A stretch of 64,000 nucleotides of DNA from Patescibacteria group bacterium (GTDB lineage Bacteria; Patescibacteriota; Minisyncoccia; Moranbacterales; UBA2206): contig JAKLFF010000004.1 of NCBI GenBank assembly GCA_022711335.1, positions 10,592 to 74,591 on the forward strand. The letters are read 5' to 3'. Shown one piece after another: positions 1-10,950 of the stretch. Made by a program: the position numbers and the translations under genes. Below the pieces are notes generated by a model, which was given only the letters and a program-made list of their open reading frames with translations, was not told the DNA's origin and did no database searches. Position 1 is the first letter of the stretch; each line of letters begins with the position of its first letter.

Positions 1-578
1 CTGAAACAGAAAAATTCGCCCATGTCACTTACTTTTTTAACGGCGGAAATGAAGAGCCTTTTCCCAAGGAAGATCGAATAATAATCCCCTCCAAGGCCGT
101 TTCTGTTTTCACTGAAGCACCAGAAATGAGCGCCAACGAAATTACTGACAAGGTTTGCGAGGTTATCTCCCTCAATAAATATGATTTTATCTTGATAAAT
201 TATGCCAACGCCGATATTGTCGGACATACAGGAGATGAAAAAGCCGCTGTCGAAGCAGTTGAAACCATTGACCGATGCTTGGAAAAGCTTATACCCGCTG
301 TCATATCCAATGGCGGATGCCTCCTTATAACCGCTGACCACGGAAACGCCGAAGAGCTGGTTAATCCGCGGAACGGAGAAACTGATACGGAACACAGCAT
401 AAATCCCGTTCCGCTTTGGTTTGTTACATCCTCAAACCATTGCGACGAATCTGGAAAATGTTATACAATGAAAGTCGCAGGGCTTCTTTCCGATATCTCA
501 CCGACGATCCTCGACCTTATGGAAATTAAAAAGCCCAAAGATATGACCGGCGAAAGCCTGTTGTCGATGCTGAAATAA
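1..578 (+). CDS. gpmI: 2,3-bisphosphoglycerate-independent phosphoglycerate mutase, C-terminal part (5' end outside window)
   Basis: The frame opens at position 3 and reads ...HVTYFFNGGNEEPF... then ...ADHGNAEEL...; the track ORF 126..578 starts at an internal Met of this frame. Confidence 0.85.
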   Translation, partial: ETEKFAHVTYFFNGGNEEPFPKEDRIIIPSKAVSVFTEAPEMSANEITDKVCEVISLNKYDFILINYANADIVGHTGDEKAAVEAVETIDRCLEKLIPAVISNGGCLLITADHGNAEELVNPRNGETDTEHSINPVPLWFVTSSNHCDESGKCYTMKVAGLLSDISPTILDLMEIKKPKDMTGESLLSMLK

Positions 579-698
579 AAAACAAGAAACAAAAAAGAGT
601 CTAAGATTCCAGAAGCTTCAGAAATCCTAGACTCTAAGTGTTACTTGCGGACGACAGCAAAACGCCTTTGTCTGTTTTATCGCCTTATATAAATTTTT

Positions 699-2342
699 TT
701 ACTTGCTTTTCATCACCCAAAAAACATATTTTCCGTTGTCATAGGTATATTTTTGCTGGGAAAGATCCGGGCAACGGATTTTATATTGATCGCGGAGCCA
801 TTGGTCCGATTCCAAAAAGACCACCTGCGTTCCATCGCAGTTGATGCTGTCTTTTCCTTCCAGCGGCCTCACAAATTCATAGTCTTTTATTTTCGGCCAG
901 GCTATATATTCGGTAGTTTTCATGCTGGATTCTTTTTTAGTATCTTTTATCCAAGTATTGTAAGCTACAGTGATGTAATTATTTTTTCCAACAGGCAGTT
1001 CCTTTACGAGCATTCCGAAATCGTAGAGTTTTCGTTCATAAGCTCCGAGAACGCTCAAATTTTTCGGCCATTCAAAAAAATAAGTATAAACCTGGGTAAC
1101 TCCCCCAATTATCATAAAAAATAAAAGACTTGCGAAAATAACCAGGAAATTATTGCTGCTTGGGAATTTTCCTCCGGTTTTTTTTGATTCTCCATAATGC
1201 CCAATAATATATTCCAGCGGCAAGACAGAAAGAACAAAAACTCCCGGAATCGCTCCGATAATGCGGAGAGAGTGAGGAATGCCCTCGATGCTTAAAAATC
1301 CCGGGACAAGCATCAGCCAAAAAATGCTTTGTCCCAGAACGGATATATGAAACCAAGGCGAAGCTGCAAAATCCGGGTTAATTTTTCTTTTATATTTTAT
1401 AAATTTAGAAAGGGTTTTCGCTATTTCCCCGAGACTTATGACAGATCCGATAAAAAACAAAACCGCCCAAGCCGCCGGAAGAAGCGGCTGGTTATTATAG
1501 TTATGCCGGGGATTTTTGTCTCCAAAAACAAAAAAAGCGCTAAGGTGGCTAACTACGCTTTTCCCCAAAGCTTCTCCGACGCCCATACCTTTCGGAGCGT
1601 TGAAAATAGACACAGCTTCCGAACGCGAAATAAAATCCTTGAAATGGCCGGAGTAATATAAAATTATCGGCAAAGATACTAAAACAACGCCCAGAATAGA
1701 AAAGGCCAGATATTTTTTATAATTTTTCCAGAGCTTTTCTTTTCCCAAAAGAAAAGATGCCGCGACTAAGGCAAAAACCAAAGGAGCAATTCGAAAAGAA
1801 ATATAAGTATGAAACCCCAGCCCCAAAAAAATTCCAGCCAGGAGAATCCAAATCGCTTTCTTTTTCGGATTATTTACCGCCTTCCAAAAAAAATAAAACA
1901 TCCAGACCAAAATAAGCGGGACCATAATCGCCCGGTAAGCCGTCCGGGAAAAAACAAGATGCCAAAAAGAAAAAGCCAGCATAAAAGTTCCAGCCAAAAC
2001 AGAAAGAGATGAAAACTTAAATTCCCGAAGGAGAAAATAAAAACCTAAAAGAGTAAGCGACCCCCAAAGAGCATTGGCAAACCGGAGGCCGAAATTTGTA
2101 TTTCCGAATATTTTTATGAAAAAAGCAATAACGTTTATATGCAGCCCTTCCCGCCCATAATTTTCAGGATAAAAAAAACGGAAATTTCCGCTTTCTAAAG
2201 ATTTTAGCGCGTCTATTCCGTTAAAAGCTTCATCATAATGGACTCCCGGAGGAATAACATCCAGATGCCAAAAACGGATGAAAATGCCGCCAGCCAAAAC
2301 CAAAATACTCAAAAAAACAAAAATATTCTTTCTTATTTTCAT
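699..2342 (-). CDS. Polytopic membrane glycosyltransferase, GT39/GT83 ArnT-PMT-like
   Basis: 547 aa with many TM helices; HYDEAFNG motif near the N-terminus is typical of ArnT/PMT-family transferases. Confidence 0.6.
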   Translation of the reverse strand: MKIRKNIFVFLSILVLAGGIFIRFWHLDVIPPGVHYDEAFNGIDALKSLESGNFRFFYPENYGREGLHINVIAFFIKIFGNTNFGLRFANALWGSLTLLGFYFLLREFKFSSLSVLAGTFMLAFSFWHLVFSRTAYRAIMVPLILVWMFYFFWKAVNNPKKKAIWILLAGIFLGLGFHTYISFRIAPLVFALVAASFLLGKEKLWKNYKKYLAFSILGVVLVSLPIILYYSGHFKDFISRSEAVSIFNAPKGMGVGEALGKSVVSHLSAFFVFGDKNPRHNYNNQPLLPAAWAVLFFIGSVISLGEIAKTLSKFIKYKRKINPDFAASPWFHISVLGQSIFWLMLVPGFLSIEGIPHSLRIIGAIPGVFVLSVLPLEYIIGHYGESKKTGGKFPSSNNFLVIFASLLFFMIIGGVTQVYTYFFEWPKNLSVLGAYERKLYDFGMLVKELPVGKNNYITVAYNTWIKDTKKESSMKTTEYIAWPKIKDYEFVRPLEGKDSINCDGTQVVFLESDQWLRDQYKIRCPDLSQQKYTYDNGKYVFWVMKSK

Positions 2343-2941
2343 TATTTTATAATCTTGTCCACTATGCCATATTTTTTAGCTTCTTCCGCGCTCATAAAAT
2401 AATCCCGCTCCGCGTCTTTTTCTATTTTTGAAATCGGCTGCTTCGTATGCTTGGATAAAATTTCATTGAGCCTTTTTTTGACGCTAAGGATATGCTTCGC
2501 ATGGATATCAATATCGGTCGCTTGCCCTTGCGTTCCTCCCATTACCTGATGAATAAGCACTTCGCTGTTAGGAAGAATTATTCTTTTCCCTTCTTTCCCG
2601 GAAGCCAGAAGCAGTGTTGCCGCCGAAGCCGCAAGGCCCACGCAAATTGTAGAAACATCTGCTTTGACATGCTGCATCGTATCATAAATAGCAAGCGCTG
2701 AGGTCACTTGACCGCCTGGAGAATTAATATAGAGCTTGATGTCTTCCTTGCTGCTCTGAGAATCCAGAAAAAGAAGCTGGGCGATAATACTGTTGGCGGA
2801 AATATCATCAACGGGACCGCCCAAAAAAATTATTCTCTCCTTGAGAAGCCTTGAATAAATATCGTAAGCCCGCTCGCCATAGCTGGTCTTTTCTATCACT
2901 GTGGGTATCAGATATTGATTTATAATATTATTTTTATTCAT
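2342..2941 (-). CDS. clpP: ATP-dependent Clp protease proteolytic subunit
   Basis: [24 protein letters not shown]...; the track ORF begins at a TTG (2977); the ATG giving [15 protein letters not shown] (2939-2941) is the more plausible start. Confidence 0.9.
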   Translation of the reverse strand: MNKNNIINQYLIPTVIEKTSYGERAYDIYSRLLKERIIFLGGPVDDISANSIIAQLLFLDSQSSKEDIKLYINSPGGQVTSALAIYDTMQHVKADVSTICVGLAASAATLLLASGKEGKRIILPNSEVLIHQVMGGTQGQATDIDIHAKHILSVKKRLNEILSKHTKQPISKIEKDAERDYFMSAEEAKKYGIVDKIIK

Positions 2942-3031
2942 AATTTCGAATTTAAAACGATTTTTAATTTTTGGCAACTTGAATTTTAATATTGTTTAGA
3001 ATCTAAGATTTAGCACTTAGAATTTATTAAA

Positions 3032-4327
3032 TTAAAGCCTCTCCAGGAACTCAAATACTTTTTCATTCTCAAGAGTTCCCTTGCAATAGCTATACAATCT
3101 TTCCATATCCAAATTCTTCTCCATATTCCTAACATCTTTATAATACTTGAGGGTTTTGTTGATTTCTTCTTCTATTTCTTTTGTATCAGCTTTTATGTCT
3201 TCGTCTTTGGCGATTTGCCCAAGCGCCAGGGCGGAAATTATTCTTTTTTCCGCTTGAGGTTTCCAATCAGTTTTGAGATCCTCCTTGCTTTTTTTAATAT
3301 TAGCAAGATACTGGTCTATTGTCATTCCCATCGGGCTAATTTGATGTTCAAATTCATGAAGCATTTTTTCCGTTTCCTCCTTGACGAGAATTTCAGGAAG
3401 ATCCGTTTTTGAATTTTGGACGATACTGTCTAAAAATTCAGTTCTTCTGTTTTCTTTCATTTTATGCTCTTTCTCGTGTTCAAGCCCTTCTTTCAGGCTT
3501 TTTCGAAGCATTTCAAGATTTTCAAATTTGCCAAGGGATTTTGCAAAATCATTATTGATTTCCGGGGTCTGCCTTTCCTGAACTAAATTCATCTTGACCT
3601 TAAATGTAGCCGCTTTTCCAGCCAAATCTTTCTTGTGATAATCAGCCGGAAATGACAATTCGAATTCCTTTTCTTCCCCCTCTTTCATTCCGATTATATT
3701 TTCTTCAAATCCGGGAATAAAAACACCTTTTCCAATTATCAGCGGATGTTTCTCGCTCTTTCCATTTTCAATCGGCGCCCCGCCGACAGACACTTCAAAA
3801 TCAATTTCCACGCTGTCTCCTTTTTTCGCTTCGCGTCTGACTGTTACCAGCTTCACCCGGCTCGCGGCCAGTTTTTCAACTTCAAGATCAACATCCTTTT
3901 CATCAACCTGGCTTTCTTTTTTAGAAAATTCCTCGTTGATTTTTTTTATCTCTTTTTTGTAGGCTGGCTCTATTTTTATTTCCGGCATAATTGATACCGT
4001 TGCCTTATATCTAAGATCTTTTCCCTCTTCCATTTCCACTATTTCCACTTTAGGGCTGCCGATGACTTCCAATTTTTTTTTCTCCGCCAGCTGGCGGACA
4101 TATTCAACATAGCTCTTTCTGACCGCTTTTTCTGAAGCCTCATTGAGAATGGCTGCTTTTCCTATTTTTTGCTCTACGATATTTCTCGGCGCTTTTCCAG
4201 GACGAAAACCAGGAATTTTTATCTCTCCTGATAATTCTTCCGCCGCCTGGTCCAGATATTTTTTCCAATCCTCCCAAGACACCGCCAATTCAAATTCAAT
4301 TTGAGATTTAGGTAGTTTTTTGATCAT
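3032..4327 (-). CDS. tig: Trigger factor
   Basis: 431 aa; N-terminal ...GFRPGKAPRNIVEQK... ribosome-binding signature; the classic tig-clpP adjacency. Confidence 0.9.
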   Translation of the reverse strand: MIKKLPKSQIEFELAVSWEDWKKYLDQAAEELSGEIKIPGFRPGKAPRNIVEQKIGKAAILNEASEKAVRKSYVEYVRQLAEKKKLEVIGSPKVEIVEMEEGKDLRYKATVSIMPEIKIEPAYKKEIKKINEEFSKKESQVDEKDVDLEVEKLAASRVKLVTVRREAKKGDSVEIDFEVSVGGAPIENGKSEKHPLIIGKGVFIPGFEENIIGMKEGEEKEFELSFPADYHKKDLAGKAATFKVKMNLVQERQTPEINNDFAKSLGKFENLEMLRKSLKEGLEHEKEHKMKENRRTEFLDSIVQNSKTDLPEILVKEETEKMLHEFEHQISPMGMTIDQYLANIKKSKEDLKTDWKPQAEKRIISALALGQIAKDEDIKADTKEIEEEINKTLKYYKDVRNMEKNLDMERLYSYCKGTLENEKVFEFLERL

Positions 4328-4365
4328 AATTCAGGCTCTTAATTATAATTCTTCAATTTCATTGA

Positions 4366-6357
4366 TTACAATAACATCCCAACTATCAACAAAGCTACGA
4401 TATTCAGAATTTTTATCATCGGATTAATCGCCGGTCCGGCTGTGTCTTTGTAAGGATCGCCGACTGTATCTCCGGTCACCGCCGCCTGATGAGCGAAGCT
4501 TCCTTTTCCTCCATATTCTCCATTTTCAATATATTTTTTGGCGTTGTCCCAGGCTCCGCCTCCGCTTGTCATGGAAACCGCTACAAAAATTCCAGTGATA
4601 ATCGATCCAACCAAAAGCCCTCCAAGAGCATGCACGCCCAGAATGAATCCGACCAAGATCGGTACAACAACCGGAATAAGCGCTGGCACAATCATTTCGC
4701 TAATAGCCGCCTTAGTTACAATATCGACTGTTCTTCCGTAATCTGGGTTTTCCGTTCCCGCCATAATCCCGGGCTTTTCTTTAAACTGATTGCGCACTTC
4801 TTCTACGACTGACCCAGCTGCTCTTCCTACCGCCTGCATAGAAAGCGCTCCAAAATAATACGGTAGAAGGCCGCCAATGAAAAGTCCGGCAAGAACTTTT
4901 GGATCGTTGATTAAAAATTGAAACGATCCGGGTATGCTATAGGTAAAGTCAGAAAATAGAACTAGCGCCGCAAGGGCTGCGCTGCCAATTGCATAGCCCT
5001 TCGTTACTGCTTTTGTCGTATTTCCAACCGCATCCAGCGGATCAGTAATATTCCTAACATCTTCTCCCATTTCCGCCATTTCAGCAATTCCTCCCGCATT
5101 GTCTGTAATCGGACCATAAGAATCAATTGCCACAATTATTCCCGCCATGGAAAGCATGGCCATTGCCGCAATTGAAACCCCATAAATTCCGGCTAGTTCA
5201 TAAGCGCCTAGAGTTGCCGCAACAATAACAATAACCGGCCAGGCAGTCGATTTCATGGAAACTGCCAATCCTGCGATAACGTTAGTGCCGTGTCCCGTCT
5301 GGGATGCTTTGGCAATATCTTTCACCGGCTGATATTTAGTCGAGGTGTAATATTCAGTGATAATTACCATCGCCGCTGTCACTGCGAGCCCGATAAGGGA
5401 AGCCAGGTATAAATTCAGCGTTTCATATTTTCCATTGCCAAACATAAGATAATCAGTCGCCGGATAAAAAGCAATCGCCGCTAAAACTCCTGAAACAATA
5501 AGGCCCTTATAAAGCGCGCCCATTATGTTTGGGTTTTTATCCTCTCCTAATTTTACAAAGAAAGTTCCAACTATTGAAGTTATGATTGAAATCGCGCCAA
5601 GAACCAAAGGAAAAATAATAGCATTCGGAAAAGTCTTGAAAAGCAAAGACCCTAGAATCATTGTTGCAATCGAAGTTACCGCGTAAGTTTCAAAAAGATC
5701 AGCGGCCATTCCGGCGCAATCTCCGACATTATCCCCAACATTGTCCGCAATCACAGCTGGATTTCTTGGATCATCTTCCGGAATTCCCGCTTCCACTTTT
5801 CCAACCAAATCCGCTCCCACATCGGCCGCTTTCGTGAAAATTCCTCCTCCAAGCCGCGCGAAAATTGAAATCAAAGATCCGCCGAATCCAAAACCAATAA
5901 GCGCATGAATATCTTTGGTAACAAAATAAAATCCAGCCGTTCCGAGAAGTCCAAGTCCGACAACCAAAAGTCCAGTTACGCTGCCGCCTTGAAAAGCCAC
6001 CGTAAGAGCCTTTTGCATTCCAGATCGCGCCGCTTCCGCTGTTCGCACATTCGCCCGCACAGAAACATTCATGCCGATATAGCCAGTCAAAGCTGAAAGA
6101 AACGCTCCGATAATAAAAGCAACGGCTGTCATCCATCCCAGAGACGGAATGAATCCGATAACAATAAACAATACAGCCGCCACCATCGCTACTGTCTTAT
6201 ACTGGCGGTTAAGATAGGCTTTCGCCCCTTCCTGGATAGCTTTCGCAATCGATTGCATTTTTTCATTTCCAGAAGGCAGTTTTATCACTTTTTCAATTAG
6301 AATGATGCCATAGATTATGGCCAGTGCTGCTCCCCCTAGCACAAATAGAGTCACCAT
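4366..6357 (-). CDS. hppA: Membrane-bound H+/Na+-translocating pyrophosphatase
   Basis: 663 aa polytopic protein with the PPase motifs [19 protein letters not shown] and DNVGDNVGD. Confidence 0.9.
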   Translation of the reverse strand: MVTLFVLGGAALAIIYGIILIEKVIKLPSGNEKMQSIAKAIQEGAKAYLNRQYKTVAMVAAVLFIVIGFIPSLGWMTAVAFIIGAFLSALTGYIGMNVSVRANVRTAEAARSGMQKALTVAFQGGSVTGLLVVGLGLLGTAGFYFVTKDIHALIGFGFGGSLISIFARLGGGIFTKAADVGADLVGKVEAGIPEDDPRNPAVIADNVGDNVGDCAGMAADLFETYAVTSIATMILGSLLFKTFPNAIIFPLVLGAISIITSIVGTFFVKLGEDKNPNIMGALYKGLIVSGVLAAIAFYPATDYLMFGNGKYETLNLYLASLIGLAVTAAMVIITEYYTSTKYQPVKDIAKASQTGHGTNVIAGLAVSMKSTAWPVIVIVAATLGAYELAGIYGVSIAAMAMLSMAGIIVAIDSYGPITDNAGGIAEMAEMGEDVRNITDPLDAVGNTTKAVTKGYAIGSAALAALVLFSDFTYSIPGSFQFLINDPKVLAGLFIGGLLPYYFGALSMQAVGRAAGSVVEEVRNQFKEKPGIMAGTENPDYGRTVDIVTKAAISEMIVPALIPVVVPILVGFILGVHALGGLLVGSIITGIFVAVSMTSGGGAWDNAKKYIENGEYGGKGSFAHQAAVTGDTVGDPYKDTAGPAINPMIKILNIVALLIVGMLL

Positions 6358-6391
6358 AAATGTTTTATTTAAATAATTAATTTAATTGATT

Positions 6392-7759
6392 TTATTCTTC
6401 AGCATCTTCGACTTCTTTTACTTCTTTCTCTTTCTTCACTTCTTCGCTTACAGCTTCTTTCTTTTTTTCAGTCTCCTTGATTTCTTCTGATTCTGTTTCT
6501 GTTTCTGTTTCTGTTTCTTTGCCTTCTTTTTCCACTGCGTTGCCATCGGCTTTTATTCCTAAAATATCGATTTTCCATCCAGTCAGCTTTGCCGCCAGCC
6601 GCACGTTTTGTCCACGTTTTCCGATTGCCAAAGAAAGCTGGTCTTCCGGCACCGTTACCTTGGCTTCTTTCTGTTCTTCGTTGATTTCAACATTAAGCAC
6701 TTTGGCAGGGCTAAGCGCCGCTGAAATGAATTTTGAAGTATCGTCGTTCCAAAGAATGATATCGATTTTTTCTCCGCCAAGCTCGTCAATTACCGCCTGA
6801 ACCCGGGTGCCTTTCTGCCCAACGCAAGATCCGATCGGATCAATGCCTTCCTCCTTTGAAGATACGGCGATCTTGGTTCGCTCGCCGGCTTCTCTCGCAA
6901 TGGCCTTTATTTCCACTGTTCCCGCGAAAATTTCCGGCACTTCCAGCTCGAAAAGCTTTTGGATCATTTCCGGACGCGTCCGGCTCAAAGTTATTCCCGG
7001 CCCCTTGTTTCCAGCATCCACTTTCGCTACATAAACTTTTATCCTCTGTCCGGTTCGATAGCTCTCCCGTTCCACTTGTTCCCCGTAAAGCAGCACGCCG
7101 ACTGATTTTCCAAGATCAATAAAAACATTCCGGCCTTCAATTCTTTGCACTACTCCGCTCACTACTTCACCTTCGCGATTCTTATATTCATCGTACATTG
7201 CGTCTCTTTCTGCTTCGCGAATTCGCTGGATAATTACCTGCTTGGCCGTTTGCGCCGCTACCCGGCCGTAGTCTTTTTTCTCTTCCAGCTCTTTTTCAAT
7301 TATATCTCCGACTTTCGCGCCCTTTTTTATTTTTTTGGCTTCGTCCAAAGTCAGATCGCGCTCCGGATTAAAGCGCGGCAATTTCTCCTCGTCAAGATTT
7401 TCTGCTTCAAAAACTTTTTCTTCTTTTTTTTCGGCTTTTTTAGCCGGTTTTTTTTCTTTTTTGGATTTTTCCTCTCCCTCTGCTTCCTCCAAAACAAATT
7501 CCCGCAGAGTTTCATCCACCACTTCTTTTACCAGAAAAAATTTTGCTCCGCCAGTCATTTCATCGAATTCCGACCGGATGTTCTGTCCTTTTCGGCCATA
7601 GTCTTTTTTATAAGCCGCGGCCAGCGCCGCTTCGATTGTTTCAATTACTTTGTCTTTTGAGATTCCTTTTTCTTCGCAAATCTGCGAAATTGCACTGCCA
7701 AAATCAGCCGTTTTTCCGCCTGATTGAGAATCGTCAGTTGTTTTTTTTCTTCGAGCCAT
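6392..7759 (-). CDS. nusA: Transcription termination/antitermination factor NusA
   Basis: N-terminal domain, S1 and two KH domains (...IGKRGQNVRLAAKLTGWKIDI...); carries a K/E-rich insertion in the N-terminal region and an acidic tail. Confidence 0.9.
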   Translation of the reverse strand: MARRKKTTDDSQSGGKTADFGSAISQICEEKGISKDKVIETIEAALAAAYKKDYGRKGQNIRSEFDEMTGGAKFFLVKEVVDETLREFVLEEAEGEEKSKKEKKPAKKAEKKEEKVFEAENLDEEKLPRFNPERDLTLDEAKKIKKGAKVGDIIEKELEEKKDYGRVAAQTAKQVIIQRIREAERDAMYDEYKNREGEVVSGVVQRIEGRNVFIDLGKSVGVLLYGEQVERESYRTGQRIKVYVAKVDAGNKGPGITLSRTRPEMIQKLFELEVPEIFAGTVEIKAIAREAGERTKIAVSSKEEGIDPIGSCVGQKGTRVQAVIDELGGEKIDIILWNDDTSKFISAALSPAKVLNVEINEEQKEAKVTVPEDQLSLAIGKRGQNVRLAAKLTGWKIDILGIKADGNAVEKEGKETETETETESEEIKETEKKKEAVSEEVKKEKEVKEVEDAEE

Positions 7760-7947
7760 AAAATTATGTTATTTCTTTTAAAATTTATTCCTTATTAACA
7801 AACAAAGTCCGCTTTCGCGAACTTCTACCGTAGTCATCACAAGTTAATACTAGCAAATCATTGGATTTGTGTCAAATTGGTAATATAAATCTAATAAAAC
7901 AGAGTAAAATGAAAACATTTTTCAAATATTTAGTTGAACAAAATAAA

Positions 7948-7985
7948 GAGGGTCAGCATATATCAATGCATTCCCTCTAAAAAAA
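7948..7985 (-). terminator. Intrinsic terminator for the zinc-ribbon gene
   Basis: On the minus strand a hairpin AGAGGG...CCCTCT is followed by a U-rich tract. Confidence 0.5.
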
Positions 7986-7996
7986 TAATGAATGAA

Positions 7997-8182
7997 TCAT
8001 TTAGGAATCTGGCCTTTTCCTTCACAGACTTTACAAATTCCTTTATAGTAACGTGTACGCTTGTAATGACCATCTATTTCTTCTCTCACAACTGAACAGC
8101 TTGCACAGTCACATTCGGTCCTACCTGAACAGTGAGGACACAACTGAAAACCTTGCTTTACCTCCCATTGACTCAGACTCAT
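7997..8182 (-). CDS. Small Cys-rich zinc-ribbon protein, DnaJ-CR-like
   Basis: 61 aa with CPHCSGRT, CDCASC and CKVCEGKG motifs (CxxCxGxG type). Confidence 0.5.
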   Translation of the reverse strand: MSLSQWEVKQGFQLCPHCSGRTECDCASCSVVREEIDGHYKRTRYYKGICKVCEGKGQIPK

Positions 8183-8324
8183 TTTTTTACCTCCTCATCA
8201 ATAACATTTTTCAAATAATATGTTTATAATAAACACTGGCTTATTACTACCACAAAAGTAATTATTTTGTCAATTTTTCCATAAAATTTAACGTTGCTTT
8301 AATATCTTGTAAGTTTTAAGTAAC

Positions 8325-8353
8325 TTGACTTTTTTTCCGTTTTGTGCTACTAT
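8325..8353 (+). promoter_or_regulatory. Sigma70-like promoter
   Basis: TTGACT, 17-bp spacer, TACTAT; followed by the palindrome TTACCAA-ATAG-TTGGTAA and a GAGCCT/AGGCTC hairpin in the leader. Confidence 0.4.
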
Positions 8354-8442
8354 CCAACATTACCAAATAGTTGGTAATAAGGCTTATTTTTGAGCCTTTC
8401 GAGGCTCGTTGACAATTAAATATTAGATTGGGAGGAAAGAAG

Positions 8443-9153
8443 ATGGCAAGAAAAACTGCAAATCCAGAAGCGCCAAGAAACGAAAACGAAGAACCGAAAA
8501 TGGATCGACAAGCGGAAAAAAAACGTGGTTTTTTGTGGATGATGATCCGGGAAAATATCCAAGATGTCGCTCTGGGAATTTTGCTGGTTCTGGGTTTCAA
8601 AAAACCATCCCAGAGTGGAACTGTCCAGTTTCAAGGACAAGAAAGGCAAGTTCCAGATTGGTTCCTGTCGGCCTTCCCGGGACTTACCAGAGATGATGAG
8701 AATGAGTATAATTTAGCACTTGATTCCCATCCTGATCCAAAAGCCCGAATCGCAGCGGAAGAATTTTGGGAGATGGTAAAAAAAGATGAACTTTATGATG
8801 AAGTCAGATATGTTGTAAACATTGTCGAGCTTCGTCGTGAGTTTATCGAACGCCTAAGGCGTCCCGCACCAAAGGATGAATCCGGCGGACGGCTGGGGTT
8901 TGACCCATTGACACAACGCGATTCTATAAATATTTTTTTCAACAGGCTCCTCGAAGAAAAGAGCAGGGGAGGTTCACCTGAAGAGATTTACAAACGGCAG
9001 AAAGAGATAGCACTAAAAAGAAAACTCCTGCCAAAGAAACACCTGTTTAAACGTTTATTAGAAAACAAAGCCAGCGCAATCATGTATTTCTTTGCAACAT
9101 TGTTCTTTGCGTTTGGCTTTATGTATTTCATTCTCTATTGGATTTTCGGATAA
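8443..9153 (+). CDS. Hypothetical protein with a C-terminal TM anchor
   Basis: ATG preceded by GGGAGGAAAG; no family recognised. Confidence 0.5.
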   Translation: MARKTANPEAPRNENEEPKMDRQAEKKRGFLWMMIRENIQDVALGILLVLGFKKPSQSGTVQFQGQERQVPDWFLSAFPGLTRDDENEYNLALDSHPDPKARIAAEEFWEMVKKDELYDEVRYVVNIVELRREFIERLRRPAPKDESGGRLGFDPLTQRDSINIFFNRLLEEKSRGGSPEEIYKRQKEIALKRKLLPKKHLFKRLLENKASAIMYFFATLFFAFGFMYFILYWIFG

Positions 9154-9171
9154 CAAGGAAAGGGGTTCGCA

Positions 9172-10185
9172 ATGAGAGCATGGCTAGCAGCACAATGGGC
9201 GATGTTCCAGGCAAGTTTTCCAAATGCTAGCGCCTGGATTCTTAGAAACCTTAGAGCAATCCTTGCTCTGGTTGGCGGGATTATTTTCTTCTCGCTGGCC
9301 ATTCACAGCTGCACCTCCTCATCAAGCGGGACACCTGCTCCCGGAGCCGGTTGGTTTTTTATGAAACTGGCTTTTGTTGGATTGATTGCAGCAGCGGTCA
9401 TTTCACGGGACAGGCCATATCTGGCCTGGACTCTTGCCGGACTGGCTGGACTATTTTTCCTGGTAATTCTTGGAAAAATGGACAGTCTTTTTGGCTGGAC
9501 TACGCTTGGCTTGCCGCTTCTTGCGGCCGCCGGAGTGTGGGGATGGAACAGAACCGATGGCAGAACCCGATCATTTCTTGGGTTCGCGTCCGGAGTTGTA
9601 ATTTCATTTTGGCTATATCTATTTCTCCAAAACAATATGAGCTTCAAGCTGGATTTTCTCGGTGATCGAATTACTAACTCAGAACTTTTGATCATCGGTT
9701 TTCTAGCTATCGGACTTTTTGCCTTTGCCACATGGAAAAGAAGCAAGGTATTTTACCTGATTTCTTTTCTTATATTAGCTTCGTGGTTAGGCAATGAAGT
9801 CTTCAAGGAGATAGCAGATCGCTATCCTAGCATGTTAAAACTCTCGGTTCCCAGCGGAATTACCGAATTAGGCAATGCGACCAACGAACGGCTGAAAATT
9901 ATTGCCGACGAAGTAAAAAACCCCAAAAAAATCAAGAAAGAAGAGAAAAAAGAAACTTATTCCCTAACCCTCTACGGAATTGTTTCCGAAGAGGTTTCTC
10001 TTTCCCCGGGAACGTGGAAAGTCTCCCGGGATTGGAAGTTAGCAGAATACCGGCTCAGAGAATGGGCAGACTATCGCCCTATCACCGAGGAGATAAAGAT
10101 CTCCAAAAAGTCGGATGTGTTTTTTAGAAACAAAGACAAATCTGGGAAAAGCAATGTCTATTCCCAGATCATTGTCTCGAACTGA
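9172..10185 (+). CDS. Hypothetical polytopic membrane protein
   Basis: 337 aa with at least 8 hydrophobic helices; RBS AAGGAAAGGGG. Confidence 0.5.
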   Translation: MRAWLAAQWAMFQASFPNASAWILRNLRAILALVGGIIFFSLAIHSCTSSSSGTPAPGAGWFFMKLAFVGLIAAAVISRDRPYLAWTLAGLAGLFFLVILGKMDSLFGWTTLGLPLLAAAGVWGWNRTDGRTRSFLGFASGVVISFWLYLFLQNNMSFKLDFLGDRITNSELLIIGFLAIGLFAFATWKRSKVFYLISFLILASWLGNEVFKEIADRYPSMLKLSVPSGITELGNATNERLKIIADEVKNPKKIKKEEKKETYSLTLYGIVSEEVSLSPGTWKVSRDWKLAEYRLREWADYRPITEEIKISKKSDVFFRNKDKSGKSNVYSQIIVSN

Positions 10186-10191
10186 TGAAAA

Positions 10192-10232
10192 AAACGGGCG
10201 CCTAGCGAAATCGCAGGCGACCCGTTTTTATT
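10192..10232. terminator. Bidirectional hairpin terminator between convergent genes
   Basis: ACGGGCGCC...GGCGACCCGT hairpin followed by T-runs. Confidence 0.5.
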
Positions 10233-10244
10233 TTTCTCAAAATA

Positions 10245-10946
10245 TCAGAAAATCATGTTGGATCCCCGAAGAGCCGAATCAATGGCCTGGATTATTACAA
10301 ATCCGGAAAGCGCCACAATAACCCCAATGATAGAATATATCAAATTCTTCTTGGCTGTTTCCATCATTTTTTCATCCCCGGCCGCCGCGAAATATTGGAT
10401 TCCAGAAACCACGAAAGCTAAAATGGCCAGCATTCCAAATATCCCCAAAATCCACCCTAAAACATTAGCCAAAATCGCTCGGATGCCTCCCGAAGGGCTG
10501 GGCAAGCCTGTAGCTGGAATAGTCAATCCGCTTTTTGAGGTTGATGATGACTTGCCGCTGCTGGAGCTGGAAGAAGTAGAGTTTGTTCCTGATGATGTAT
10601 TGCTGCTTGAGCTTTCATCTGAACTTTCAACTGTATAGCATCCCATATATTGTTCTCCAAAAGACTCATATTGGCGGCAATGTCCGGATAAGCCGCTGCT
10701 ATCAGTGCAGGCATCCTCTTCATTTGCGCATCCGTCCTGTTTGATGACAGGCACATAGCATCCTATCCTTTCCTCACCGAAAGATTCATAAGCCCGGCAA
10801 TGGCCGACTTGGCCGTCTCTCGTGCAAGCGGTCTCTTCTGTCTGACATCCGTCTTCGCTCACAATTGCATATGCCGGAGAAATAAAAAACAGAGAGAGAA
10901 ATAAAAGCGGAAAAAATTGCATAAAAAATACTTTTTTGTTTTTCAT
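10245..10946 (-). CDS. TrbC/VirB2-type (T4SS pilin-like, PF18895-like) protein with a duplicated Cys-rich domain and Ser-rich linker
   Basis: Signal peptide; two about 35-aa Cys repeats (DGC..E.AC....G..GHCR.YESFGE...GCY); poly-Ser linker; C-terminal TM-[AAGDEK..TAKKNLIYSIIGVIVAL]-TM module. Confidence 0.65.
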   Translation of the reverse strand: MKNKKVFFMQFFPLLFLSLFFISPAYAIVSEDGCQTEETACTRDGQVGHCRAYESFGEERIGCYVPVIKQDGCANEEDACTDSSGLSGHCRQYESFGEQYMGCYTVESSDESSSSNTSSGTNSTSSSSSSGKSSSTSKSGLTIPATGLPSPSGGIRAILANVLGWILGIFGMLAILAFVVSGIQYFAAAGDEKMMETAKKNLIYSIIGVIVALSGFVIIQAIDSALRGSNMIF

Positions 10947-10950
10947 TGTT

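Noticed and set aside
2942-2977. N-terminal 12 codons of the track's ClpP ORF
   Set aside because: It starts at a TTG with no RBS. The conserved ClpP N-terminus begins at the internal ATG.
4489-6136. Several 60-120-aa ORFs inside and antisense to hppA
   Set aside because: They are fully contained in the well-supported 663-aa H+-PPase gene and have low-complexity translations.
7760-7996. Possible small RNA between nusA and the zinc-ribbon gene
   Set aside because: There is only a terminator hairpin and AT-rich promoter-like sequence, with no convincing independent structure.
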